A stretch of DNA of 63,958 nucleotides, the filler included, from Octopus bimaculoides (lineage: Eukaryota), in the NCBI RefSeq assembly GCF_001194135.2. It is 4 parts of 4 records of this genome, joined end to end, with 100 filler letters (N's around TTAATTAATTAA, not from the genome) between each part and the next. Parts side by side here need not be neighbours in the genome. Positions count along the whole stretch, not along the records: positions 1 to 25,647 come from NC_068988.1; 3 more parts are not named here. One strand, given 5' to 3'. The translations under genes and the position numbers were made by a program. Of this stretch, positions 1 to 13,310 are shown one piece after another (position 1 is the first letter of the stretch; each line of letters opens with the position of its first letter). The notes beneath the pieces were generated by a model. That model saw only the letters and a list, made by a program, of their open reading frames with translations. It searched no databases and was not told the DNA's origin.

Positions 1-739
1 ACTACAAAGTCTACGTAGACGGAGGAATTGGGAATAGGGGATAGAAAGTTTTGTATGTTTAGGGTGGGAGGAGGAGAAGTTGAGATAGGAGTGTGAGTCT
101 GTGTGTTTGTAGTGGATGGAGGTGCTAAGAGCGGAGTGAAGGATGCTGACCGAAATGTTGAGAAAGGGGACAGAGGTGTCAGAGATAGTACAGGAGAAGT
201 GGAGGGCAGGATGAAAGGATTGAACGAAAGAGAGGAACGAGTCAAGATGTTCGCGGGAGAGTGAGGTGGCACCGATACAGTCGTCGATATAACGACCGTA
301 TAGTTCGGGAGTAGGACCAGTGAAACTTGCGAATATTTGGGTCTCAACATAACCAACGAAGAGGTTCACGTATTTGGGGCCCATTCTCGTTCCCATGGCC
401 ACTCCCGAAATCATGCTGGTAGATATCCCCCGCGAACGACAAGCAGTTAAGAGATAGGACAAGTTCGGTCAGACAAATGTGTGTGGAGGTGTCGGGTTAT
501 GGGTTGGGGCGTTGGTCTAGGAAATACTTAAGGGCACGCAGCCCCTCGTCGTGGGGGATCACCGTATAGTACCTCTGAATGTCTAGAGTGAAGAGAAGCT
601 TAGAAGGGCCGGGAGGGAAGCAGAAAGAGTTGAATAGACGAAGCGCGTGGTTAGTGTCATGAATGTGGGAAGGTAGAGAAGCCACTAGGGGGGCGAGGAC
701 ACGGTCTAGGTATTTTGAGATAAGCTCGGTGGGGCAGTT
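1..739 (-). mobile_element. Penelope-like retroelement reverse transcriptase fragment (decayed; Neptune/Poseidon-like)
   Basis: The minus strand translates, with one TAA at 497-499 and one frameshift near 415, to NCPTELISKYLD...LFTLDIQRYYTVIPHDEGLRAL...ISGVAMGTRMGPKYVNLFVGYVE...YGRYIDDCIG...HYKHTDSHSYLNFSSSHPKHTKLSIPYSQFLRLRRLCS. These are diagnostic PLE RT motifs; YIDD is at 280-291. It is truncated by the window start and by the gap. Confidence 0.92.
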
Positions 740-1590
740 NNNNNNNNNNNNNNNNNNNNNNNNNNNNNNNNNNNNNNNNNNNNNNNNNNNNNNNNNNNNN
801 NNNNNNNNNNNNNNNNNNNNNNNNNNNNNNNNNNNNNNNNNNNNNNNNNNNNNNNNNNNNNNNNNNNNNNNNNNNNNNNNNNNNNNNNNNNNNNNNNNNN
901 NNNNNNNNNNNNNNNNNNNNNNNNNNNNNNNNNNNNNNNNNNNNNNNNNNNNNNNNNNNNNNNNNNNNNNNNNNNNNNNNNNNNNNNNNNNNNNNNNNNN
1001 NNNNNNNNNNNNNNNNNNNNNNNNNNNNNNNNNNNNNNNNNNNNNNNNNNNNNNNNNNNNNNNNNNNNNNNNNNNNNNNNNNNNNNNNNNNNNNNNNNNN
1101 NNNNNNNNNNNNNNNNNNNNNNNNNNNNNNNNNNNNNNNNNNNNNNNNNNNNNNNNNNNNNNNNNNNNNNNNNNNNNNNNNNNNNNNNNNNNNNNNNNNN
1201 NNNNNNNNNNNNNNNNNNNNNNNNNNNNNNNNNNNNNNNNNNNNNNNNNNNNNNNNNNNNNNNNNNNNNNNNNNNNNNNNNNNNNNNNNNNNNNNNNNNN
1301 NNNNNNNNNNNNNNNNNNNNNNNNNNNNNNNNNNNNNNNNNNNNNNNNNNNNNNNNNNNNNNNNNNNNNNNNNNNNNNNNNNNNNNNNNNNNNNNNNNNN
1401 NNNNNNNNNNNNNNNNNNNNNNNNNNNNNNNNNNNNNNNNNNNNNNNNNNNNNNNNNNNNNNNNNNNNNNNNNNNNNNNNNNNNNNNNNNNNNNNNNNNN
1501 NNNNNNNNNNNNNNNNNNNNNNNNNNNNNNNNNNNNNNNNNNNNNNNNNNNNNNNNNNNNNNNNNNNNNNNNNNNNNNNNNNNNNNNNNN

Positions 1591-1644
<54 letters not shown>

Positions 1645-1933
1645 CACACACATGCATATACATATATGTATTATCGTTAAAGATGTGAAATTGCACGGAA
1701 CTTTTAGACGATAAGTGACGAGGAATGAGCAACGATCCGCTGTGTGTGTGAATTTTCCGTTTGATCCGCTCAATCGTCGGATTTCTGTTTAAATTTGGGA
1801 ATTTATCAAGTATTTGGTGGGTCGGAGGGTGTAGTGGAAGTTATTAGTCCAAGATGCCGCGCAATGGAACTGAACACTGAACCACGTTGTTCAGTGCTTC
1901 ATATGTATATATGTAGCACATAGGTACATTAGT

Positions 1934-1984
<51 letters not shown>

Positions 1985-2204
1985 TGCATGTGTGTGAGTG
2001 TGCGCATGCATTCACATAAACACACACACACACACACACACACAAGCACACACACACACACACACATGCACACACATATATATATATATATGAGCTTATA
2101 CACGTATATAAGTAAACTATACGTAAACATGCTCAGTCACCTATATATGCATATATACACACATATACACATTATCCTCACATACACATACATGCTTTAC
2201 ACAT

Positions 2205-2420
2205 ACACTCTGAGCAGGTTATTGTTGCGTCTCTTGACACCCATGTCTCCCATCGGTTCCTTCTTTCCAATCAATTCAACTTATAAAACCGTTAATCCAG
2301 TCACGTTTTTTCATTAATCTATCCGTTTTTGCTTTCCACTCACCTTCTGTTTCCTCTCGTTAATTTCTGTAGAAGTGCGTAGGCTCGAAACGTGAAAGAC
2401 ACTTCCATTTTACATGAGTG
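2205..2420 (+). mobile_element. PLE 3' end: degenerate GIY-YIG C-terminus plus HHR-like terminal motif
   Basis: SEQVIVASLDTHVSH resembles the PLE endonuclease end (EQ..I..LGT..PHG). It is followed by ttt-CTGTAGA-A-GTGC-GTAG-GCTC-GAAAC-GTG-aaa (2364-2397), a decayed minimal hammerhead motif of the kind found at PLE termini. Confidence 0.55.
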
Positions 2421-2528
2421 ACAAACTAATACACTTTTGTTATTCCCCTACTTGTCTCTCTCCCTCTCCCTCTCACTGTCTCTCTCCCTCTAACCTTTGC
2501 TTTTGCAGTTTTTTACAATTTTTATCTT

Positions 2529-2654
<126 letters not shown>

Positions 2655-2734
2655 AATATATGCATATATGTTACATATGAATATGTATATATGTACATGT
2701 GTGTGTGTATACAATTTTTCATCATGTTCAATCG

Positions 2735-2870
2735 TTAATCCCTACACATTGTTTCTCTCACCGTTTTTTAACAACCTCTCAGTACTTTCTGTGGAAGAGC
2801 GTGAGATCGAAATGTCAAATGTTTTCCATTCTTCCCGTGGGTTAAAGTAATACACCTGCTTGTTGTTCCG
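2735..2870 (+). mobile_element. Second, more decayed copy of the same PLE terminus
   Basis: ttt-CTGTGGA-A-GAGC-GTGA-GATC-GAAAT-GTC-aaa at 2786-2819, with a shared 'cgttaatc' and 'ccgttttt' context. Confidence 0.45.
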
Positions 2871-2908
2871 TCACCTGTCCTCCCCTCCTGCTTTCAGTAA
2901 CTTTGAAC

Positions 2909-2973
<65 letters not shown>

Positions 2974-3119
2974 ATACAGTTGCTTAGTGCAATTGCAACC
3001 ATAAATATACACACGCGAGCGCGCACACTCGCACACAATCGTTCGCATATAGTTACAAATAAATAGACAGACAGACAGACTGACAGACAGAAAGACAGAC
3101 AGACAGACGGAAAAACAGA

Positions 3120-3821
3120 GGATCTATTTTAAAACGGGGGCGCNNNNNNNNNNNNNNNNNNNNNNNNNNNNNNNNNNNNNNNNNNNNNNNNNNNNNNNNN
3201 NNNNNNNNNNNNNNNNNNNNNNNNNNNNNNNNNNNNNNNNNNNNNNNNNNNNNNNNNNNNNNNNNNNNNNNNNNNNNNNNNNNNNNNNNNNNNNNNNNNN
3301 NNNNNNNNNNNNNNNNNNNNNNNNNNNNNNNNNNNNNNNNNNNNNNNNNNNNNNNNNNNNNNNNNNNNNNNNNNNNNNNNNNNNNNNNNNNNNNNNNNNN
3401 NNNNNNNNNNNNNNNNNNNNNNNNNNNNNNNNNNNNNNNNNNNNNNNNNNNNNNNNNNNNNNNNNNNNNNNNNNNNNNNNNNNNNNNNNNNNNNNNNNNN
3501 NNNNNNNNNNNNNNTACACACATAGATACGCACAGCGTAATTTATTATATAAACAATATATGCGTATAAATTACGATTAAACCGGATGAAATATGTCACA
3601 GGGAATAACATTTTTATGACCGCCAAGCAGTAACTCTATTAAGCTGAATAGACGTCAGTGATTGGTTGAAATTACAGAAATACGACAACTTTAACATGGA
3701 ATAACTTGCGAATTCCTTTTTTTTGTTAAGAAGACTAAGAGTAAAAGATGTCCCAAGTTTCAAAGTGTTTCGTTAGTGTTTCGTTAAGAAAATACTGGCG
3801 CCCCCGTTTTAAAATAGATCC
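3120..3821. mobile_element. Non-autonomous DNA transposon (MITE) with 24-bp TIRs and an 8-bp TSD; Merlin- or MULE-like
   Basis: Perfect TIRs GGATCTATTTTAAAACGGGGGCGC (3120-3143) and its reverse complement (3798-3821). AAAACAGA flanks both sides (3112-3119, 3822-3829). It sits in a (CAGA)n tract and the interior is partly N. Confidence 0.8.
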
Positions 3822-4215
<394 letters not shown>

Positions 4216-4566
4216 TCAGTGGGACGGGCTTACAAAAATTTCAATCAAGATAATTGTTGCTACGATATCTTTGAGCTTAAAAGGTCAAACGATGCTTATG
4301 ATAAGAAGTGAAGGAAAATATTGTGTCAGCTGCAGTTGCTATGATGTGTAAGGGTCACTTCCGTTACCTATAGGGACATAAAACGGCGATAAACATAAAT
4401 AGTGACAATGATAATAGTGATAGTAATACTAATAATTGCTTTATTTGACATAAAAAAGACATTAACACGAGTGCTGCTATAAAATGCTATGTTTACAACA
4501 GAAATTACCATAATAACAACGAGCATTCATTGCAGTGTTATATATATGATGCTGACACACACACAC

Positions 4567-4598
<32 letters not shown>

Positions 4599-5808
4599 GC
4601 ATGTATCTGTTTATATACATACATATGTACATACATGCATACATACATGTGTGTACATACATATACATATATATATATATATATATANNNNNNNNNNNNN
4701 NNNNNNNNNNNNNNNNNNNNNNNNNNNNNNNNNNNNNNNNNNNNNNNNNNNNNNNNNNNNNNNNNNNNNNNNNNNNNNNNNNNNNNNNNNNNNNNNNNNN
4801 NNNNNNNNNNNNNNNNNNNNNNNNNNNNNNNNNNNNNNNNNNNNNNNNNNNNNNNNNNNNNNNNNNNNNNNNNNNNNNNNNNNNNNNNNNNNNNNNNNNN
4901 NNNNNNNNNNNNNNNNNNNNNNNNNNNNNNNNNNNNNNNNNNNNNNNNNNNNNNNNNNNNNNNNNNNNNNNNNNNNNNNNNNNNNNNNNNNNNNNNNNNN
5001 NNNNNNNNNNNNNNNNNNNNNNNNNNNNNNNNNNNNNNNNNNNNNNNNNNNNNNNNNNNNNNNNNNNNNNNNNNNNNNNNNNNNNNNNNNNNNNNNNNNN
5101 NNNNNNNNNNNNNNNNNNNNNNNNNNNNNNNNNNNNNNNNNNNNNNNNNNNNNNNNNNNNNNNNNNNNNNNNNNNNNNNNNNNNNNNNNNNNNNNNNNNN
5201 NNNNNNNNNNNNNNNNNNNNNNNNNNNNNNNNNNNNNNNNNNNNNNNNNNNNNNNNNNNNNNNNNNNNNNNNNNNNNNNNNNNNNNNNNNNNNNNNNNNN
5301 NNNNNNNNNNNNNNNNNNNNNNNNNNNNNNNNNNNNNNNNNNNNNNNNNNNNNNNNNNNNNNNNNNNNNNNNNNNNNNNNNNNNNNNNNNNNNNNNNNNN
5401 NNNNNNNNNNNNNNNNNNNNNNNNNNNNNNNNNNNNNNNNNNNNNNNNNNNNNNNNNNNNNNNNNNNNNNNNNNNNNNNNNNNNNNNNNNNNNNNNNNNN
5501 NNNNNNNNNNNNNNNNNNNNNNNNNNNNNNNNNNNNNNNNNNNNNNNNNNNNNNNNNNNNNNNNNNNNNNNNNNNNNNNNNNNNNNNNNNNNNNNNNNNN
5601 NNNNNNNNNNNNNNNNNNNNNNNNNNNNNNNNNNNNNNNNNNNNNNNNNNNNNNNNNNNNNNNNNNNNNNNNNNNNNNNATATATATATATATATATACA
5701 TATATACACATGTATATGTATGTATGCAGATATGCATACAGAAATACTCATTACCCTCTTCTTTATTAGAGGTTATCAGTGGATAATCGACGATGACTAT
5801 AAACTTAC

Positions 5809-6030
5809 AAATGTTCTTCCCTGCAGGCTTTCTTTCTCCTATTGATCTTGTGTAATCCAGCTGTGGATATAAATGCTTAATTTCTACTTGTGTTCAATGA
5901 TATCCAAGTATCTTCTTATTCGCCAACTTGAAATACCTTACCGCTAGCCAAACACGTACGGAATAATTCTTTTTGTAACGGAGTTGTTTCATTCTGTGCG
6001 TACTTTGCTATTTCGTACCGCAGTTTGTAT
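5809..6030 (-). CDS. Possible pair of small exons (6030-5942 and 5860-5809), product unknown
   Basis: AAG|...GCG|GTAAGG and CAG|...TTT|GTAAGT splice signals. The phases are compatible and give YKLRYEIAKYAQNETTPLQKELFRTCLASAGLHKINRRKKACREEH. The first acceptor is weak and no homology is recognised. Confidence 0.2.
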
Positions 6031-6141
6031 CTTTACACATGTACCGAAAAGTATCTCATTTTAACCTGCTTTGAAATCTGGTTTTGCATTCTTCTTTCTA
6101 TATACACAAAAAATTGTCTTTATTCCTTATAAAAAGGATGT

Positions 6142-6510
6142 GGAGGCGCAATGGCCCAGTGGTTAGAACAGCCAACTCACAGTCATAGAATCGCGGTTTC
6201 GATTCCCAGACCGGGCGTTGTGAGTGATTATTGGGCGAAAACACCTAAAGCTACACGAGGCTCCGGCAGGGGATGGTGTACTCTTTCACCACAACTTTCT
6301 CCCACTCTTACTTCCTGTTTCTGTTGTGCCTGTAATTCAAAGGGTCAGCTTTGTCACACTGTGTCACGTTGAATATCCCCGAGAACTACGTTAAGGGTAC
6401 ACGTGTCTGTAGAGTGCTCAGCCACTTGCACGTTAATTTCCCGAGCAGGTTGTTCCGTTGATCGGATCAACTGGAGCCCTCGACGTCGCAAGCGACGGAG
6501 TGCCAAAAGC
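6142..6510 (+). mobile_element. tRNA-derived SINE (family C, about 370 bp)
   Basis: tRNA-like head with A box (TGGCCCAGTGGTTAG) and B box (GGTTTCGATTCCC). The body is shared with the copies at 50290-50610 and 55704-56062. Confidence 0.85.
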
Positions 6511-6684
6511 AATAAGAAGGATACATAGAGGGGGACAAACAAGGACAGACAAGGACATATAGGGGTCAGTCACACTGTAACACGAGATTATAAACGAACG
6601 AATTTATGGATATGAATGTCGAATGATATGAGTTAAAAATTAGATGTTATAATTCAAACTATTTACAGGGTTCGGGTTAGTGAA

Positions 6685-6965
6685 CTAACCCGCCGGTTGA
6701 TTTCCTTTTGGTAATCCTTTCTGTTCTTCTTTGCCCGGACCGACCGTGTCAACACGGCTCCTTGCATTCTCATCTTTCTTACTTACTACTTCCGTCCATC
6801 TTTTTCCAAATACACTTTGCGGCAGGCTCCTCCTCTCCAGACGGATCTTGCTGGAAAAGTGGGCGGCGAAATAATCCACCAGCCTACGTCTGGAGATGAA
6901 ATGGCCTGTCGCAATCCCTTTCACTCGCGTCTTCCATACACAAACCCGTAGAGGCCTCGGTCCAC
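6685..6965 (-). mobile_element. 3' end of a Tx1/L1-clade LINE ORF2
   Basis: CVWKTRVKG...LVDYFAAHFSSKIRLERRSLPQSVFGKRW resembles the Tx1-type ORF2 C-terminus (W.TR.KG...F..H...K.R.ER..L....F..RW). Recognised by eye only. Confidence 0.5.
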
Positions 6966-7019
6966 GTATGTATACATATTTCATGATAATATTTTCTTAA
7001 AGTCGAAAAAATAAAAACT

Positions 7020-7070
7020 TCATACACTGCTACTCAAAGTTTCACGTAATCGTTCATCAGATTGAGTTAG
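7020..7070 (-). ncRNA. Type I hammerhead ribozyme core (relic; 5' strand of stem I deleted)
   Basis: The minus strand reads CTGATGA-ACG-ATTA-CGT-GAAAC-TTTGA-GTA-GCAGTGT, with a perfect core and stem II. Relative to the 36.8 kb copy (ctcagtct-aaactgtct-gacga) it has lost 'aaactgtct' between tct microhomologies. Confidence 0.65.
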
Positions 7071-7597
7071 AGTTTTTGAAGACTTTTTTCGGCTTTAATA
7101 AAACAGTATTTTATAATACATTTTGTATTCAAGAACTAATTATTTTCTACCTTGTTTTGCGTTTGTGTGATTACTTAGCGTTTCTGTATTTCATAATAAG
7201 GAGCTTCAATTTCTGTATATAATGTTTTTTCCAGGACCTATCTTTATATTTGATGTAAATTTATTATCCGCAAGAGTTATTAGATATTGATTAAATGTAC
7301 TCGTTCTTGTGAAACATTAGTCCTGCATATGATTAATGAAATTGCATATTTTATGTTGATGATGATGACGACAACAACGAGGACGATGACGATGACGATG
7401 ATTATGATGAAAAAGATGAAGGAGACGTGACGATAATGATGATAAGAATCAAGACGCTGATGATGATTTCATGATGATAATGATGAGGATGATGTGGTGA
7501 TGAACATGTTGATGTAAATCCATCTAATGTTTCTAAAGATAGAGGCTGATAATGTGGATTTCGTGCTTCATTGTTCTGTGTTATAATAAGCGTCTAT

Positions 7598-7645
<48 letters not shown>

Positions 7646-7752
7646 ACACACTCATGCTTGTATACGTATGTATGAATGTCTGTGTGCTTTTGTGTGCATA
7701 TATATATGTATATATATATGTATATATATATGTATATCTATGAAGGCATATA

Positions 7753-7796
<44 letters not shown>

Positions 7797-7908
7797 NNNN
7801 NNNNNNGTGTGTGTGTGTGTGTGTGTGTGTGTATGGGTATAAATACATAGATGGATAGATAGATGTGTGTCTGTGTGTGTCAGTGTGTGGGGTCACTTAT
7901 AAGTGAGT

Positions 7909-7958
<50 letters not shown>

Positions 7959-8406
7959 ATGTATATACACAGATTCATACATACATATATGCATACGTAT
8001 ATATGTGTATATATATATATAAGAATATATATATATATATACACAAATATATAACTAGATATATTCATACGTGCAAAAATACATACATGCATACATATAC
8101 AAGCGTATATTTAAACCAGTTTCTCTGAATTACCATAATTAAGATGCAAGACACATCTTAAGATTTATAAGAAATGTTGTTCCAACTTTGCCGATATTGA
8201 GACTAGCCAACAACAACGACAACAACAATGAAATAAGCCTGAAATAATTCGTAAAATAGAAATACAAAGTGCTAAAAGAAATACAAAACATATATTTAAA
8301 GCAAAAAAAATGTTAGCAATTATAACGAAAATAGAAAAAAAATAACAGTCAATAGAATTCTGACAGCCATTTATAAGAATGTGCCGCTTCAGCTGGAAAC
8401 GGAATA

Positions 8407-8535
<129 letters not shown>

Positions 8536-8815
8536 CTTGCTAATAATGGTAATATGGTGACGTAAAATAATCATTGAATCTTCTGTTTCTGCACTGTGCA
8601 CCTCGCTTCTCTCATGCCTTCCTATATTTTACCATACAGAATGATATTTCCTGTCTCCGGCAGATTAAATACGACGATACGGAAGAGATAAAGCAAAGAC
8701 ACAAAAAAAACATGACATATCCATATACATTTCGTGGTGTGTCCTCTACTTAACTAGGCTATAGCACCATCGCCTAACCCACGTATGTCTTTCTTCTTCT
8801 CTTTTACTTTCTTCA

Positions 8816-8854
8816 AATGTCTGATGAAGGACCATATCTGAAAAGATAAACATT
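8816..8854 (+). ncRNA. Degenerate HHR-like motif at a probable PLE terminus
   Basis: AATGT-CTGATGA-AGG-ACCATAT-CT-GAAA-AGATAA-ACATT. Stem I is 5 bp (AATGT/ACATT); stem III and the cleavage triplet are decayed. Confidence 0.4.
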
Positions 8855-8999
8855 CACTCTATAACTTGTTGATAATATTTTTTCTTCTTCTCAATTTAAT
8901 AATATTAATTATGAATACTTCTGTTTTGTTTATTGTCACGTTGTTTATATTTCACTTATTCACTGAATTCTGGTAAATAATCCTTCGAGCAGACGGTCA

Positions 9000-9265
9000 G
9001 TGGCGACACCTGCTGCGTTTGGCTGTTCTACATTGATAAGGGACAAATACCCTGAAACTAGTCTGTAGATGCCAGACCAGCAAGGGTAAGTGGCTGACCT
9101 CCCCTGTTCGAAGGTTATAATGGACACAGGTTCATGTGTCACATAGCTAGCTAGAGGCGATGGCCTCTTGGGGCTAATCAACGGCAGCATTTGTCCTATT
9201 TTTTTGACTGCCATGTTGGCTTGGCCATAACTATTAATATCCAGTACCGTTGCCGTAGTCTCCTT
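9000..9265 (-). mobile_element. BEL/Pao LTR-retrotransposon integrase remnant
   Basis: Frameshifted minus-strand reading RLRQRYWIL...AVKKI..KCCR...GLASTD*F resembles the BEL integrase HHCC region (LRQRYWI..KC..C...G.DYFGP). Confidence 0.45.
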
Positions 9266-9373
9266 TAGATAAACTTAGAAATATTAATATTTCTCTTACT
9301 AGAATAATTTGTTATCTATTCTCACATTAGGGAATATTTGACAATACAGCTCCCTAGTCTTATACTACCATAT

Positions 9374-9586
9374 GAAGGCGGTGAGCTGGCAGAGTTGTTA
9401 TCACGCCGGACAAAATGCTTAGCTGCATTTCGTCCGTCTTTATGTCCTGAGTTCAAATTCTGCAGAGGTTGACTTTCATTCGTCTTTTCGAGGTCAAGAA
9501 AATAAGTACGAATTGAATACTGGGGAACAACGTATTCGACTTATCCCCTCCACCAAAATTTCTGCCCTTGCGTCAAAATTTGAAAC
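9374..9586 (+). mobile_element. tRNA-derived SINE family A (a partial second copy lies at 9617-9750)
   Basis: AAGGCGGTGAGCTGGCAGA...GAGTTCAAATT...GAGGTCGACTTT...AAGTACCAGT body, repeated more than 15 times in the window. Confidence 0.85.
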
Positions 9587-11219
9587 TTTTATTATTATTG
9601 TTATTTTAATATTATTTCGCCGAGGTCGACTTTCTCTTTCATTCTTTCGTGGGTCATTAAACTAAGTACCAGTTGAGCACTGGGGTCGAGGTAATGGACT
9701 TACACACTCCTCCAAACTTGCTGGCTTTGTGCCAAAATTCGAAACCAATATTACACTACCGTATTAAGCAGTGAGTCATAAACTACTCCCGTATTGCTTC
9801 AAGCTAAGAGAAGTCATTACACTATCCTACATTTCGCATATTCAGTTTCAGTTAACTTTAAATTTAATATCACAAAAAACACATTTGAACGTAATGCATG
9901 ACTAGTTCCATACTAACAGTAAGTATTGCCCGCTTTTGCAGGGGTTCGATCCAAATTAGGCTACATTTACACAGCTGATGTTGGTTTCACATTTTGGCAC
10001 GAGGTCAGTAATTTTAGGAAAGTGGCTAAGTCGAATTGGCCCCAGTACTCGATTGGTACTCATTTTATTGATCCCGAAAGGATGAAAGACCTCGGCGGGT
10101 AAGTTTAAAAGCTAATAGAAAGAATCTAATATTACATACAAACCTTATGAAATAGAAGCGACATGATTATACAGAAATATACTCATTGAATATATCTTGC
10201 TGTAAATCGCATGCAGGGATGTTATCGCTTTAAAATCAAACCTCGACTTGACACGCAGGGATAATATAAGCATGACAGAAGAAAATTACAGTAGAGACTC
10301 TACAAACACGCGTGCTCGTTTAGAGATGATATGAAAGATAAGCCACACTGTTGACAAAAGAACTTCTAAATGCAAAATCATTCAAAGATCGATGCATTAA
10401 GGGAAATAAAGTTAAAATGAGAATCATTGCACAGCTGACAAAAGATGAATCCTCAAAAACCTGTATAGCAAGGACCTCTATTTCAAAGCCAGATAAGAGA
10501 AGTTCGTAAAGTACAGACATTTCAAGAACCATATGATACGCAACAGGGCCATACCATCTTTACGTAACCATACCACCTTTACATAACCATACTATCTTTA
10601 TATAAGCATACCATCTTCACATGACTAAGTGCACATAAACTCATGAATGACATACATGTCTTACTTGTTTTGTCTCCTTTTCGTAATCTGCCTTCTTTTT
10701 ATTTCAGTTACACATTCTGCTATAAATGTATCGATCTTATTATTTAATATTGATCTCTCTCAAGTCTTTAACCATCCCCTTTACTATACTTGTTCTTGGT
10801 CCTTCCTATTCTAGTCATTCTTTCGTTTTTTTCTTTCTAGTCTTTAGTTACTATTGAAAACTTCGAAAATATACTGCATAGCTAAAGGAGAAACAAATTA
10901 TTTCTACAACTCAAAACTTGAGTACATTAACGTTAAACGTTTCAGTTTGTTTATGGTACGAATAAAATACAGGTGCTAGTATAAATATTTACAATATTCA
11001 AGAATACCAACGGATATTTTACATTATATTTTAATGCTCTATTACACTTCTCATAAAACAAAATATCAGTGATAAGTCCATACGCACACGACCTACATAC
11101 ATAGGTGTGTGTGTGTATGTGTGTGTGCGTGTACACACACATGCACATATTATATATAGATATATATGTATATAGAAGTACATATATATGTGTATGTGTG
11201 TGTGCGCATTTCTATTCTT

Positions 11220-11430
11220 TTACTTGTTACAGTCATTTGACTGTGGCCATGCTGGAGCACTGACAAATCACCACCACCACCACCACCACCACCCCGCCTA
11301 GTATTTCTTAATCCTAGTACTTATTCTATCGGTCTCTTAGGACGAACCGCAAAGTTACCGCGACGGAAGCATAACAACACCGGTTGTCAAACAGTGATGG
11401 GGAGGTAAAAACAGACCCAAAGGCATACAC
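11220..11430 (-). mobile_element. SINE family B, 3' part (its 5' part lies at 12124-12250, across the gap)
   Basis: TTTTACTTGTT.CAGTCATTTGACTG.GGCCATGCTGGAGCAC...CTAGTACTTATTCTATCGGTCTC motif, shared with the copies at 18.3, 20.9, 34.8 and 50.8 kb. Confidence 0.8.
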
Positions 11431-12082
11431 ATAGATATATGTATACCTATACATTTATATCTATATATATGTATGTATGTATATATATATATATATATAT
11501 GTACGTGTATATGTATTTCCATATATATANNNNNNNNNNNNNNNNNNNNNNNNNNNNNNNNNNNNNNNNNNNNNNNNNNNNNNNNNNNNNNNNNNNNNNN
11601 NNNNNNNNNNNNNNNNNNNNNNNNNNNNNNNNNNNNNNNNNNNNNNNNNNNNNNNNNNNNNNNNNNNNNNNNNNNNNNNNNNNNNNNNNNNNNNNNNNNN
11701 NNNNNNNNNNNNNNNNNNNNNNNNNNNNNNNNNNNNNNNNNNNNNNNNNNNNNNNNNNNNNNNNNNNNNNNNNNNNNNNNNNNNNNNNNNNNNNNNNNNN
11801 NNNNNNNNNNNNNNNNNNNNNNNNNNNNNNNNNNNNNNNNNNNNNNNNNNNNNNNNNNNNNNNNNNNNNNNNNNNNNNNNNNNNNNNNNNNNNNNNNNNN
11901 NNNNNNNNNNNNNNNNNNNNNNNNNNNNNNNNNNNNNNNNNNNNNNNNNNNNNNNNNNNNNNNNNNNNNNNNNNNNNNNNNNNNNNNNNNNNNNNNNNNN
12001 NNNNNNNNNNNNNNNNNNNNNNNNNNNNNNNNNNNNNNNNNNNNNNNNNNNNNNNNNNNNNNNNNNNNNNNNNNNNNNNNNN

Positions 12083-12118
<36 letters not shown>

Positions 12119-12435
12119 CAATGAGCTTCTTTCAGTTTCTACCTACCAAGCCCACTCACAAGGCTTTGGTCGATCTGGTCTAAGACAGAAGACATTGTCC
12201 CAAGGTGCCACGCAGTAGGTTTGAACGCAGAACCATGTGGTTGAGAAGCATATACGTATGTATGTATGTGTGTATGTATGTATGTATGCATGTGTATGTA
12301 TGTGTGCATGGATGTATGGTGTGCAGGGATGTGTGGATGAATGTTTGTATACATATACAGTTATACGATCATATGGGTCTCCGTCTGCGCGTGTGTGTGT
12401 ATAGTGTGTATAGTAGCAGTAGCAGCAGCAGCAAC

Positions 12436-12502
<67 letters not shown>

Positions 12503-12949
12503 TTTGCAGTCAGTACTAATTTTTATCATATTTGTTGTGTACCATTCCGCCCGTCTGCACTTAGTCCTTTTGATAGCTTGTGTTTTTGCTCCTGTCGGAA
12601 TAATTCCACGTTAAATATATAGACACACATGAACGTGTATGTGTTTTTATTTGTGTGTATATATATATAATTGAAGTGACAGAGAGACATATAAACAGAG
12701 AGCGTGAGAGAGAGTGTTGAAATAAGCGATATAAAGAGAGAGAGAGACAGAGAGACAGAGAGACAGACAGAGAGATAGAGAGAGAGACAGAGTGAGAGAA
12801 ATTTAAACAAATATATACATAAGTTAATGAAAAGATAAAATTGGTTGACATTGTCAGTTAAGTTTGCCTGGAGATGCTTCGATGCAAATGTAGCAATGAC
12901 AGCTTCCTCTCTCTACCTTTTTCTCCCTCTATCGCTGTTCCTCTCTCTA

Positions 12950-12988
<39 letters not shown>

Positions 12989-13265
12989 NNNNNNNNNNNN
13001 NNNNNNNNNNNNNNNNNNNNNNNNNNNNNNNNNNNNNNNNNNNNNNNNNNNNNNNNNNNNNNNNNNNNNNNNNNNNNNNNNNNNNNNNNNNNNNNNNNNN
13101 NNNNNNNNNNNNNNNNNNNNNNNNNNNNNNNNNNNNNNNNNNNNNNNNNNNNNNNNNNNNNNNNNNNNNNNNNNNNNNNNNNNNNNNNNNNNNNNNNNNN
13201 NNNNNNNNNNNNNNNNNNNNNNNNNNNNNNNNNNNNNNNNNNNNNNNNNNNNNNNNNNNNNNNNN

Positions 13266-13310
<45 letters not shown>

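Noticed and set aside
497-499. Selenocysteine recoding in the PLE RT (as reported for some Naiad PLEs)
   Set aside because: The stop is TAA, not TGA, and a frameshift follows; this is ordinary decay.
6142-6215. tRNA gene (and similar heads at 17215, 55990-56062, 59340)
   Set aside because: These are tRNA-like heads continuous with multi-copy SINE bodies, with no complete cloverleaf or acceptor stem.
10320-10520. Plus-strand exon (ATLLTKELLNAKSF...)
   Set aside because: No acceptor compatible with the open frame, and no recognisable homology.
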